Of a DNA stretch of 64,000 nucleotides, positions 25,829 to 37,893 are shown one piece after another. Numbering within the stretch: the stretch's first letter is position 1; the number at the start of each line of letters is the position of its first letter. Source of the stretch: Tubulanus polymorphus (lineage: Eukaryota; Animalia; Nemertea). A model generated the notes under the pieces. That model worked only from the letters and a program-made list of their open reading frames with translations. It was not told the DNA's origin and searched no databases. A program made the position numbers and the translations under genes. The stretch is from NCBI RefSeq assembly GCF_964204645.1, contig NC_134035.1, positions 12,866,451 to 12,930,450 on the forward strand. Reading direction: 5' to 3'.

Positions 25829-26249
25829 TTTTCACCAGTGTTTACGATGATCAACCATCTTTCTGAAGATGTTTAAAGCAATTTGAATTCTAACAGTTTT
25901 TTACACTGTCGGCTCACAGATTTAGAAACGGGTTTACCTCATCATCAGAGTTAAGACAATTTTATCACTCCTTAAGTGGAGTAATATAATTATCACTCCT
26001 TAAGTGGAGTAATATAATCAAGTCACTAACAATTCAGTTTTGTCAATTCAAGAAGGGAAAGGGGGGAAGGCATTAAACCTCAATATCACCCCAGCCTTAA
26101 GTCACTTACAATTCAGTTTATGTCACAATTAACTTGACAATTCAAGAGGGGGAGGGATCACTAAATTTCAATTTTATCACAAACAATTGTTTAGCAGTGA
26201 TTTACCAACAGTGTTTTGTAACACGTAACTTCCATCAACACCTATTGAA

Positions 26250-29200
26250 GGAGGTCATCAGTGTTGTAACACACTGACAATTCTGTTCATTAGTCACGTT
26301 TCTACATGACAGTTCACAACCTTCAGGTGCAAGGATCCTAAGTGAAGCTATCAAACAATAGCATCTTTGAGTATAACACTTTTAAAATGAGTAATGTGAT
26401 AATAATTTGCTGATACAATATATACAGAGAACCACACCAGCATTATTTCAATGATTCAACCACCACAAAGCTATCGATGGATAGCTGTTTTGAATATTTA
26501 TACATTTAAAACGTAAAGTCGCAATAAGGATGATCAGGAAACATGATCAATCCCATTTCACCGACATATATTACAATCTATACAATGTACCAACACCAGT
26601 AGCATTTCAATGATTCAACCACCACAAAGATATCGATGGATAGCTGCTTTGAATATTTATACATTTAAAACGTAATAAGTCGCAATAAGGACGATCAGGA
26701 AACATAATCAATCCCAATTCACCGCCATATATAACAATATATACACAGAACCAACACCAGTGACATTTCAAAGATTCAAAAACCACAAAGCTATCGATGG
26801 ATAGCTGCTTTGAATATTTATACATTTAAAACGTTAAGTCGCAATAAGGACGATCAGGAAACATGATCAATCCCATTTCACCGACATATATTACAATATA
26901 TACAATGTACCAACACCAGCGAAATTTCAAAGATTCAACCACCACAAAGCTATCGATGGATAGCTGTTTTGAATATTTATACATTAAAAACGTAAAGTCG
27001 CAATAAGGACGATCAGGGAGCAAACTCGCCAAAACTCAATATCACCCCATAACAGAGTGTATCAATTAACACCCAGCAGCAAGCAGCAGTATTTAAGGTG
27101 GTCATCAGTGTTGTACCACACTGAAAATTCAGTTTGTTTGTCACGTTTCTACATGACAGTTGAAGAAGGAAGGAGGAGACTCCTGAACTCAATATCACCC
27201 CAAAACAGAGTGTATTTATTAACACGCTGCAGCAAGCAGCAGTATTAAAGGAGGTCATCAGTGTTGTAACACACTGACAATTCAGTTTGTTAGTCACGTT
27301 TCTACATGACAGTTGAAGAAGGAAGGAGGAGACTCCTGAACTCAATATCACCCCAAAACAGAGTGTATTAATTAACACCCAGCACCAAGCAGCAGTATTA
27401 AAGGAGGTCATCAGTGTTGTAACACACTGACAATTCAGTTCGTTTGTCATGTTTCTACATGACAGTTGAAGAAGGAAGCAGGAGACTCCTGAACTCAATA
27501 TCACCCCAAAACAGAGCCAGCAGCAAGCAGCAGTATTTAAGGAGGATGATTCATGATGTTATAATGTTTAATGTAATAATTCTTATTGTAATAATGTTTA
27601 ATGTAATAATTCAAGAAGTTCATGGAAGGTGGTAAGAATTTACACCCAGCAGCAAGCAGCAGTATTAAAGGAGGTCATCAGTGTTGTAACGCACTGACAA
27701 TTCAGTTCCTTTGTCACATTTCTACATGATAGTTGAAGAAGGAAGGAGAAGACTCCTGCGATCAATACCACCCCAAAACAGAGCCAGCAGCAAGCAGCAG
27801 TATTAAAGGAGGTCATCAGTGTTGTAACGCACTGACAATTCAGTTCATTTGTCACGTTTCTACATGACAGTTGAAGAAGGAAGGAGAAGACTCCTGCGAT
27901 CAATATCACCCCAAAACAGAGCCAGTAGCAAGCAGCAGTATTTAAGGAGGATGATTCATGATGTTATAATGTTTAATGTAATAATTCTTATTGTAATAAT
28001 GTTTAATGTAATAATTCAAGAAGTTCATGGAAGGTGGTAAGAATTAACACCCAGCAGCAAGCAGCAGTATTAAAGGAGGCCATCAGTGATGTAACACACT
28101 GAAAATTCAGTTTGTTTGTCACGTTTCTACATGACAGTTGTAGAAGGAAAGAGGAGACTCCTGAACTCAATATCACCCCAAAACAGAGTGTATTAATTAA
28201 CACGCAGCAGCAAGCAGCAGTATTAAAGGAGGTCATCAGTCTTGTAACACACTGACAAATCAGTTTGTTTGTCACGTTTCTATATGACAGTTAACAACCT
28301 TCAGGCGCAAGGAACCAAAGTGAAGCAATCAAACAATAGCATCTTTGAGTATAACACTTTTAAAATGCGTAATGTGATAATATTTGCTGATACAGTATAC
28401 ACAGAGAACCAACACCAGCATTATTTCAATGATTCAACCACCACAAAGCTATCGATGGATAGCTGTTTTGAATATTTATACATTTAAAACGTAAAGTCGC
28501 AATAAGGATGATCACAAAACATGATCAATCCCATTTCACCGACATATATTACAATCTATACAATGTACCAACACCAGCGACATTTCAAAGATTCAACCAC
28601 CACAAAGCTATCGATGGATAGCTGTTTTGAATATTTATACATTTAAAACGTAAAGTCGCAATAAGGATGATCACAAAACATGATCAATCCCATTTCACCG
28701 ACATATATTACAATCTATACAATGTACCAACACCAGCGACATTTCAAAGATTCAACCACCACAAAGCTATCGATGGATAGCTGTTTTGAATATTTATACA
28801 TTTAAAACGTTAAGTCGCAATAAGGATGATCACAAAACATGATCAATCCCATTTCACCGACATATATTACAATCTATACAATGTACCAACACCAGCGACA
28901 TTTCAAAGATTCAACCACCACAAAGCTATCGATGGATAGCTGCTTTGAATATTTATACATTTAAAACGTAAAGTCGCAAAAAGGACGATCACAAAACATG
29001 ATCAATCCAATTTCACTGACATATATTACAATCTATACAATGTACCAACACCAGTGACATTTCAAAGATTCAACCACCACAAAGCTATCGATGGATAGCT
29101 GCTTTGAATATTTATACATTTAAAACGTAAAGTCGCAAAAAGGACGATCACAAAACATGATCAATCCAATTTCACCGACATATATTACAATATATACAAT

Positions 29201-31280
29201 GTACCAACACCAGTGACATTTCAATGATTCAACCACCACAAAGCTATCGATGGATAGCTGTTTTGAATATTTATACATTTAAAACGTAAAGTCGCAATAA
29301 GGATCATCAGGAAACATGATCAATCCCATTTCACCGACATATATTACAATATATACAATGTACCAACACCAGCGACATTTCAATGATTCAACCACCACAA
29401 AGCTATCGATGGATAGCTGCTTTGAATATTTTTACATTTAAAACGTAAAGTCGCAATAAAGATGATCAGGGAGCAAAACTCACCAAAACTCAATATCACC
29501 CCATAACAGAGTGTATCAATTAACACGCAGCAGCAAGCAGCAGTATTTAAGGAGGTCATCAGTGTTGTACCACACTGAAAATTCAGTTGGTTTGTCACAT
29601 TTCTACATGACAGTTGAAGAAGGAAGGAGGAGACTCCTGCACTCAATATCACCCCTGAACAGAGTGTATTTATTAACACCCAGCAGCAAGCAGCAGTATT
29701 AAGGGAGGTCATCAGTGCTGTAACACACTGACAATTCAGTTTGTTAGTCACGTTTCTACATGACTGTTGAAGAAGGAAGGAGGAGACTCCTGCACTCAAT
29801 ATCACCCCTGAACAGAGTGTATTTATTAACACCCAGCAGCAAGCAGCAGTATTAAGGGAGGTCATCAGTGCTGTAACACACTGACAATTCAGTTTGTTAG
29901 TCACGTTTCTACATGACAATTGAAGAAGGAAGGAGGAGACTCCTGCACTCAATATCACCCCTGAACAGAGTGTATTTATTAACACCCAGCAGCAAGCAGC
30001 AGTATTAAGGGAGGTCATCAGTGCTGTAACACACTGACAATTCAGTTTGTTAGTCACGTTTCTACATGACAATTGAAGAAGGAAGGAGGAGACTCCTGCA
30101 CTCAATATCACCCCTGAACAGAGTGTATTTATTAACACCCAGCAGCAAGCAGCAGTATTACGGGAGGTCATCAGTGCTGTAACACACTGACAATTCAGTT
30201 TGTTAGTCACGTTTCTACATGACAGTTGAAGAAGGAAGGAGGAGACTCCTGAACTCAATATCACCCCAAAACAGAATGTATTAATTAACACCCAGCACCA
30301 AGCAGCAGTATTAAAGGAGGTCATCAGTGTTGTAACGCACTGACAATTCAGTTTGTTTGTCACGTTTCTACATGACAGTTGAAGAAGGGAGGAGAAGACT
30401 CCTGCGATCAATATCACCCCAAAACAGAGCCAGCAGTAAGCAGCAGTATTTAAGGAGGATGATTCATGATGCTATAATGTTTGATGTAATAATTCTTATT
30501 GTAATAATGTTTAATGTAATAATTCAAGAAGTTCATGGAAGGTGGTAAGAATTAACACCACCAGCAAGCAGCAGTATTAAAGGAGGCCATCAGTGTTGTA
30601 ACGCACTGACAATTCAGTTTGTTTGTCATGTTTCTACATGACAGTTGAAGAAGGAAGAAGACTCCTGCGATCAATATCACCCCAAAACAGAGCCAGCAGC
30701 AAGCAGCAGTATTTAAGGAGGATGATTCATGATGTTATAATGTTTAATGTAATAATTCTTATTGTAATAATGTTTAATGTAATAATTCAAGAAGTTCATG
30801 GAAGGTGGTAAGAATTAACACCCAGCAGCAAGCAGCAGTATTAAAGGAGGTCATCAGTGTTGTAACACACTGACAATTCAGTTCGTTTGTCACGTTTCTA
30901 CATGACAGTTGAAGAAGGAAGGAGAAGACTCCTGCGATCAATATCACCCCAAAACAGAGCCAGCAGCAAGCAGCAGTATTTAAGGAGGATGATTCATGAT
31001 GTTATAATGTTTAATGTAATAATTCTTATTGTAATAATGTTTAATGTAATAATTCAAGAAGTTCATGGAAGGTGGTAAGAATTAACACCCAGCAGCAAGC
31101 AGCAGTATTAAAGGAGGTCATCAGTGTTGTAACACACTGACAATTCAGTTCCTTTGTCACGTTTCTACATGACAGTTGAAGCAGGAAGGAGGAGTGTCCT
31201 GCACTCAATATCACCCCAAAACAGAGTGTATCAATTAACACCCAGCAGCAAGCAGCAGTATTAAAGGTGGTCATCAGTTA
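26250..31280. repeat. Composite higher-order satellite (159-bp unit A, 153-bp unit B, AT-rich unit C)
   Basis: The unit A core agctatcgatggatagct recurs every 159 bp (4 copies 26470-26948; 7 copies 28447-29401). Unit B (cagcagcaagcagcagtatt...ctcaatatcacccc) forms arrays after each A block. A linker (aaccttcagg...) occurs at ~26318 and ~28296. Confidence 0.95.
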
Positions 31281-31480
31281 TGATTTAGCAGTAATTTACC
31301 CACAGTGTTTCTAACACTTAACTTTCATCACCACCGATTGATTTACCAGTAATTTACCCACAGTGTTTTGTAACACTTTACTTTCATCACTACCGATTGA
31401 TTTAGCAGTAATTTACCCACAGTGTTTTGTAACACTTAACTTTCATCACCATCAATTGATTTAGCAGTAATTGATCCATA
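31280..31480. repeat. ~59-bp tandem repeat, about 3.5 copies
   Basis: Unit gatttagcagtaatttacccacagtgttttgtaacacttaactttcatcaccaccgatt. Confidence 0.85.
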
Positions 31481-32419
31481 GTTTGAAATGCGCTGCATTC
31501 AATGAGCAATTTCAAACTTTTCTATTGAGGAAACCACAGCAAAAAACTAAAGGTATTCAAACAATACGTGTCTTATTTAATTGTTGATGAGAGAGGAGAG
31601 AGAGGAGAGGAGGCATGTACACCTAAACACAACGTTTAAAACTCAATATCACAACCAAAACAAGAGTTGAATGATAGCAAGCATCAGCAACATGTAGTTT
31701 TCAAATAAGGAAGTAATCAGTATTGTAAATCACATCTATTTAACAATTCAAGAAGGCAAGGGAAGGAGAAGAGACTCCAAAACTCAATATCACCCCTAGA
31801 ACAGAGTGGAATGAGCAACATGCAGTAGCAAACAACAGTATTTGCCGTAGTAGCAAACAACAGTATTTGCCATTTTTAAAGGAGAATAACGGAGTATCTT
31901 CTGTATTTGATATGCCATGCCACCACAAGATTTTAATTGTCTATGATTTTGATATTGTATATAAAAATGGCACGATATATCACCTCGTAGCAGAGGAAGG
32001 AGGTAGAACAAACCACAAGATCAGTACATCTATCAATGTTTCATTACATGTATCATTGTTTCAAGACACCCACTTGCAGTGTTTTGTAACAATTTACTTT
32101 CATTACCACCAATTGATTTGGCAGTAATTCATATTTCGTGATGAGAGAGAGGAGTCTAGTAGGAAATGTAGCGATACACCTATCAAAGATTTTTTACAAA
32201 TGCAAATCAGTTTATTCTAGACTATGGACGTTTGTAGCTGGAGGAGACAAACTGTATTCCAAATTGAAACCCTTATCCCTTTTAGCTTTTTCTTAGAGAG
32301 ATCGAACCCACAAAACGTCTGGCAAAGGCTTCCAACATTTTGATAACTGTTCGCGTAGAGCCAATGATAAAACCAGCATTTATCATCATCAAACACATCA
32401 TGTAAACTGAAAACCGCAA

Positions 32420-33305
32420 ACCAGCAGTGAGAGGAAGTATGCACAATCGATGAGATGATTGTTCATAGCTGCAACCAATGGAGTGAACTGCAACCAGTGA
32501 GGGGAAAGTATGCACAATCAATGAGATGATTGTTCATAGCTGCAACCAATGGAGTGAACTGCAACCAGTGAGGGGAAAGTATGCACAATCAATGAGATGA
32601 TTGTTCATAGCTGCAACCAATCAAGTGAACTGCAACAAGTGAGGGGAAAGTATGCTCAATCGATGAGATGATTGTTCATAGCTGCAACCGATCAAGTGAA
32701 CTGCAACCAGTGAGAGGAAAGTATGCACAATCAATGAGATGATTGTTCATAGTTGCAACCAATGGAGTGAACTGCAACCAGTGAGGGGAAAGTATGCACA
32801 ATCAATGAGATGATTGTTCATAGCTGCAACCAATCAAGTGAACTGCAACCAGTGAGAGGAAAATATGCACAATCAATGAGATGATTGTTCATAGTTGCAA
32901 CCAATGGAGTGAAATGCAACCAGTGAGGGGAAAGTATGCACAATCAATGAGATGATTGTTCATAGCTGCAACCAATGGAGAGAACTGCAACCAGTGAGGG
33001 GGAATTATATTTCAAACCAGTGAGGGGAAATTAGCTCAATCATTGAGATGATTGTTCAGCTGCAACCAATGGAGTGAACTGCAACCAGTGAGAGGAAATT
33101 ATATTTCAAACCAGTGAGGGGAAATACGCTCAATCATTGAGATGATTGTTCAGCTGCAACCAATGAAGTGACAACCAGTGAGGGGGAAGTATGCACAATC
33201 GATGAGATGATTGTTCATAGCTGCAACCAATGGAGTGAACTGCAACCAGTGAGGGGTAGGTATGCACAATCAATGAGATGATTTTTCATAACTGCAACCA
33301 ATGAT
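32420..33305. repeat. 71-bp tandem repeat, about 12 copies
   Basis: Unit aaccagtgaggggaaagtatgcacaatcaatgagatgattgttcatagctgcaaccaatggagtgaactgc. Confidence 0.93.
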
Positions 33306-33664
33306 GCTAAAGCATATTGCATACCAGTAATGGTAAAGTACACTCAATCATTTACAAACAAGTGATAGTTAACAAGCTAACAGATCAGAGATCACAGGAA
33401 GCAACGTCACTCCAATCCTTATTTCTTGACATATGATATAAAATGCTCTTCAGCCTGTGGCAAAATGTCTTCGATGTAAAACGCTTATTACTATATGCTT
33501 AACGAGTCTTCTCTCAAATATTAATTCAAAAGGAGGAGGGACTTATCTAATGTAATGGTATCAATGCTACGAATGTATGTGAAAAGTGAAAAGTAATAGT
33601 TTGAAACCAAGATTGAATGCATTCATTCTGTTGTATTGAATAAAGTGAGATCCGATGAAAAAAA

Positions 33665-33880
33665 CAAACTACTATCTACAAATTTACAATATCTAAAAGA
33701 AAATTAAAAAGAGAAATAAAAACGACTATTTACAAATTTACAATATTTACAAGAGAAATAAAAACTACTATTTACAAATTTACAATATTTACAAGAGAAA
33801 TAAAAACTACTATTTACAAATTTACAATATTTACAAGAGAAATAAAAACTACTATTTACAAATTTACAATATTTACAAGA
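33665..33880. repeat. 42-bp AT-rich tandem repeat, about 5 copies
   Basis: Unit actactatttacaaatttacaatatttacaagagaaataaaa. Confidence 0.9.
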
Positions 33881-34255
33881 TAGAGAGAAAGAGAGCGAAA
33901 GAGAGAGAGAGAGGAGAGTGAGGAGAGAGAGAGGAGGGAGAGAGGAGGAAGGATGAAGGAGAGGGGTGAGAGGAAGAAAGGAGAGAGAGGAGAGAGTTAG
34001 TGGGTTAAAGAAAGAGGAAGAGAGAGTTAGTGGGTTAGAGAAAGAGGGAGAGAGTTAGTGGGTTAGAGAAAGAGGAAGAGAGTTAGTGGGTTAGAGAGAG
34101 AGAGGGAAAGGATAGAGAGAGGGAAAGGATAGAGACAGAGAGGGATAGGATAGAGACAGAGAGGGAAAGGATAGAGACAGAGAGGGAAAGGATAGAGACA
34201 GAGAGGGAAAGGATAGAGACAGAGAGGGAAAGGATAGAGAAAGGTAGAAAAAGAA
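33881..34255. repeat. GA-rich micro/minisatellite
   Basis: Purine-dominated plus strand; includes 21-bp units gagagggaaaggatagagaca. Confidence 0.9.
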
Positions 34256-34317
34256 GGGGCGATAAAAACAATAAAACATATGGGTAAAAACAATAAAACA
34301 TATGGATAAAAACGGTT

Positions 34318-34752
34318 AAAAAGAGGCAGTTTAACGTCATACCTCAGGACAAATAGATAAAAATCACTGATAAAATGTATGGATAAAACGTATTGTTAAA
34401 AAGAGGCAGTTTAACGTCGTACCACAGGACAAATAGATAAAAATCACTGATAAAATGTATGGATAAAACGTATTGTTAAAAAGAGGCAGTTTAACGTCAT
34501 ACCACAGGACAAATAGATAAAAATCACTGATAAAATGTATGGATAAAACGTATTGTTAAAATGAGGCAGTTTAACGTCATACCACAGGACAAATAGATAA
34601 AAATCACTGATAAAATGTATGGATAAAACGTATTGTTAAAATGAGGCAGTTTAACGTCATACCACAGGACAAACAGATAAAAATCACTGATAAAATGTAT
34701 GGATAAAACATATTGTTAAAATGAGGCAGTTTAACGTCGTACCACAGGACAA
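34318..34752. repeat. 80-bp tandem repeat, about 5.5 copies
   Basis: gaggcagtttaacgtc recurs at 34323, 34403, 34483, 34563, 34643 and 34723. Confidence 0.93.
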
Positions 34753-35665
34753 CTTGAAAATAGAGGTACACTAGCAATGCTACTTATATGTTACTAGGTA
34801 CAGTATTTGAGACAATTCTATAAAACTGTATAATTATTTCAACCTCTTCAATACCAAATATCAATTCAACAATCATCTTTGAAAACGTTCGTAAGAAATA
34901 AAGCAACAAAACATAACGTAGCATTGAATTAATATTAATGTTATCAGAAGCTGAAAATCTGAAATCAACCATCAGCCATAAATGAGGAGGCGGGACTAAT
35001 GCAATGAAATAATATCAATGCTCCAAATTTATAGGTTAAAATCTCGTTAAAACAATAGATGCAACAAGTGATATCAGTATCAAACTAAGATTGAATGCAT
35101 TCATTCTGTTGTTTTGAATATTAAAATCATTCAATAGAATTCAAAATATTAATTATCAATTAAATCTATATCAAAATTTGCACTAAAATAGATGATTTGA
35201 TGTATAGATATTATGAAGTTTAGAAAATTAAAAAGTTTTAGGATTATATTTGAAATGTTTAGATAAAATTATTTATATTTTTCATTAAAATCTTAAGTTA
35301 AAAAGATATCTAAAAATATTTATAAGTAGAAATCAAAATCAATAAAAAAATCTAAAAAGAAATATAATATAAATATAAATAAAAAGCTATTTACATATTT
35401 ACAATATAAATATAATAATGTAAAAGTACGGATAAAATGTGTCGATCAATTTGAAGAAATATTTTGAATTATTTGTCAATCATAATCGGAACCCAAGTGA
35501 TTTCAGAATGGAATAACTGGGCCAGGCCAATCACTCACTCCATGATCATCAATTACTGGTACTACACAACCACAGAAAGAGTGGTTTTTACCGCGCGATA
35601 TATTAGGCCAGGTGCACCTCCCAATAATAATGCCGCCTATTATGTTTGGCTTTTTGTGTGTTGAT

Positions 35666-36040
35666 ATGTACATCGATACATCCTCAATCACCAGGGTTTT
35701 ATTGTCGCCCACCGAATTTCACGCTTACACAAACCCTGGTCACAAGCCCTTCATTGGTCTCTTACATTGTCCGAGATATCTCCAGTCGACAGGTTGCTGC
35801 TAAGCGGCCACTAGACTTTACATCTAGTCAATCAGATGTGTAGCAAATCTGCCGGCGAAAAACAACGCATCTGATTGGCTAGATATATAGACTGGTGGCC
35901 TCTCAGTGGCAACCTGACTACCCAAGCAATCTTGAACAACGTAATAGACCAATGAAGAGTTTGCGACCGGGGTTTGTCTTGGCATGAGCTTCGGCAGACG
36001 ACAATTAAAACCTGGCAAGTGAGGATGGCATTGATATATA
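35666..36040. repeat. Long imperfect inverted repeat (~175-bp arms), foldback/MITE-like
   Basis: The left arm catcctcaatcaccaggg...caatcagatgtgt aligns without gaps to the reverse complement of the right arm acgcatctgattgg...cctggcaagtgaggatg; the loop is ~22 nt. Confidence 0.85.
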
Positions 36041-36899
36041 TTGAATAAAAAAGCTGCATGTAAATATGAAATGTGTACGAGAACCTTGAAAGCAGTGAAA
36101 TAAGATATAAACTAGAGGTGCAGGGACACCATGCCCACTCGGTGAAATGCTTGACAATCTGACAATTTAGATATTTAATGCCCCCCCCCCCCCCGGTAAA
36201 CATAACAAAAACCAATGCTACAAATATGCAATTGATTGTGGTTATATGCATAAATACCAAAACTCATGGAAAAATTGTATGAATTCAATACCTCTGATGG
36301 GAAGAATAGAAAATGGGGTAAGACTGATTCTATGTAAGCGGTGTCCTATGACAATGCTAACAATTATCAAACATCATGACTGTAAGTTAAAGCAACCCAA
36401 TATTTCTAATAATGATGGGGGATAAATATCGGTATCAAACATCAAATGTTGGAGAAATCTTTGAAACCTCCCTTAAAAACTTCAAAAATGTGTAAAACTG
36501 CCAATTTTAGCGAACAAGAATGGCTACCAGTCAGCCATCTTGATATTCTGCCAGTCGAATAACGGATGAAAAGTGAATACACTAGCAAAAAGTGAAAAGC
36601 CTAAAAACTAAATAAAAGTTCTCTAACATTAACGAAAAAATACTAATTTAAAATTCCATTGTCTCATTAATTTATAATCTATTTCAGCGTAAAACCCTAG
36701 ATCCCTAAAATTAAGATAACATTAAAGATTATGTTTCAATGACCTGAGAGTATTGTATTATTAATCAATCTAATTAACTGCAAGTTCATCAAACAATAAA
36801 AAACCTAATCATCTATTCTATAACTAGTGATGTTACTTTCAGTAACAAGAAACAGGGGGGGTAATTAAAACTGCTGTTAACGCTAAAATATCCTCAATG

Positions 36900-37255
36900 A
36901 ACTGAGAGTAATTTCATCAATGATGAATTTACCCTCAGTTCATTCATTGTTTTAATGATGATCCTGAAAGTGATTTCAACAATGATGAATTTACCCTCAG
37001 TTCATCCATTGTTTTACTGATGATCCTGAGAGTAATTTCAACAATGATGAATTTACCCTCAGTTCATTCATTGTTTTAATGGTGATCCTGAGAGTAATTT
37101 CAACAATGATGAATTTACCCTCAGTTCATCCATTGTTTTAATGATGATCCTGAGAGTAATTTCAACAATGATGAATTTACCCTCAGTTCATTCATTGTTT
37201 TAATGATGATCCTGAGAGTAATTTCAACAATGATGAATTTACCCTCAGTTCATCA
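36900..37255. repeat. 62-bp tandem repeat built on an imperfect palindrome, about 6 copies
   Basis: ctga(g/a)ag recurs at 36902, 36964, 37026, 37088, 37150 and 37212. The first core, 36900-36940, is a 41-bp palindrome with 18 of 20 arm positions matching. Confidence 0.92.
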
Positions 37256-37718
37256 CATTCTAAGATGTTACTATTTTATTCAGAGATAATCTCTGAACTG
37301 CATAAAAAAAGGAGATCTTAAACGCGATTATTGATTAATAACCTGAGTGTAACTTATCATAAGATAAATTGACCCTCAGTTTATCAGATGTTTATACTTT
37401 ATTTAAGTTAACAGCTATAGTTAAAACTTAATCAACTTGACCTAAATGAACTAAAACTTTAACTAAATTAGACTTAAATCAACTGGAATGAATTGAATTC
37501 AATAACATCGAAAATTACTAAAATAACTAAACAAAAACCAACTAATCTAAACTAAGGTTAACTTGAAACCAAAGTTTTAATATCTAGTTCAAAACGCACT
37601 AGTGATTAATCATAAACATCATGCTCACAATTTAACAAGACCCAGTTCCACAGTTATGCAACAAATATGTATCTAAATTCTTGTATCCAAATCAAACTGT
37701 GGAACTGAGTCCTGTATT

Positions 37719-37893
37719 GTATGGAACGAGATAAATGAAAAACAATCTGACTGTATTTTTCATATGATGTTTTCAGTCATACATTTTCTTGAGATGACAT
37801 CAAATTAAAAATTAAAAATTTCATACGACGGGACGCTGAAAATATCATATGAAAAATACACTCCGACTGTTTTTTATTCATCGCATTCCATGA
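37719..37893. mobile_element. Palindromic MITE-like element
   Basis: Arms ...tgtatttttcatatgatgttttcag / ctgaaaatatcatatgaaaaataca... Confidence 0.6.

Noticed and set aside
29380-30417. 345-aa Cys-rich ORF as a real protein
   Set aside because: It is the translation of 153-bp satellite units; sister units are broken by indels and stops, and I saw no splice or promoter support.
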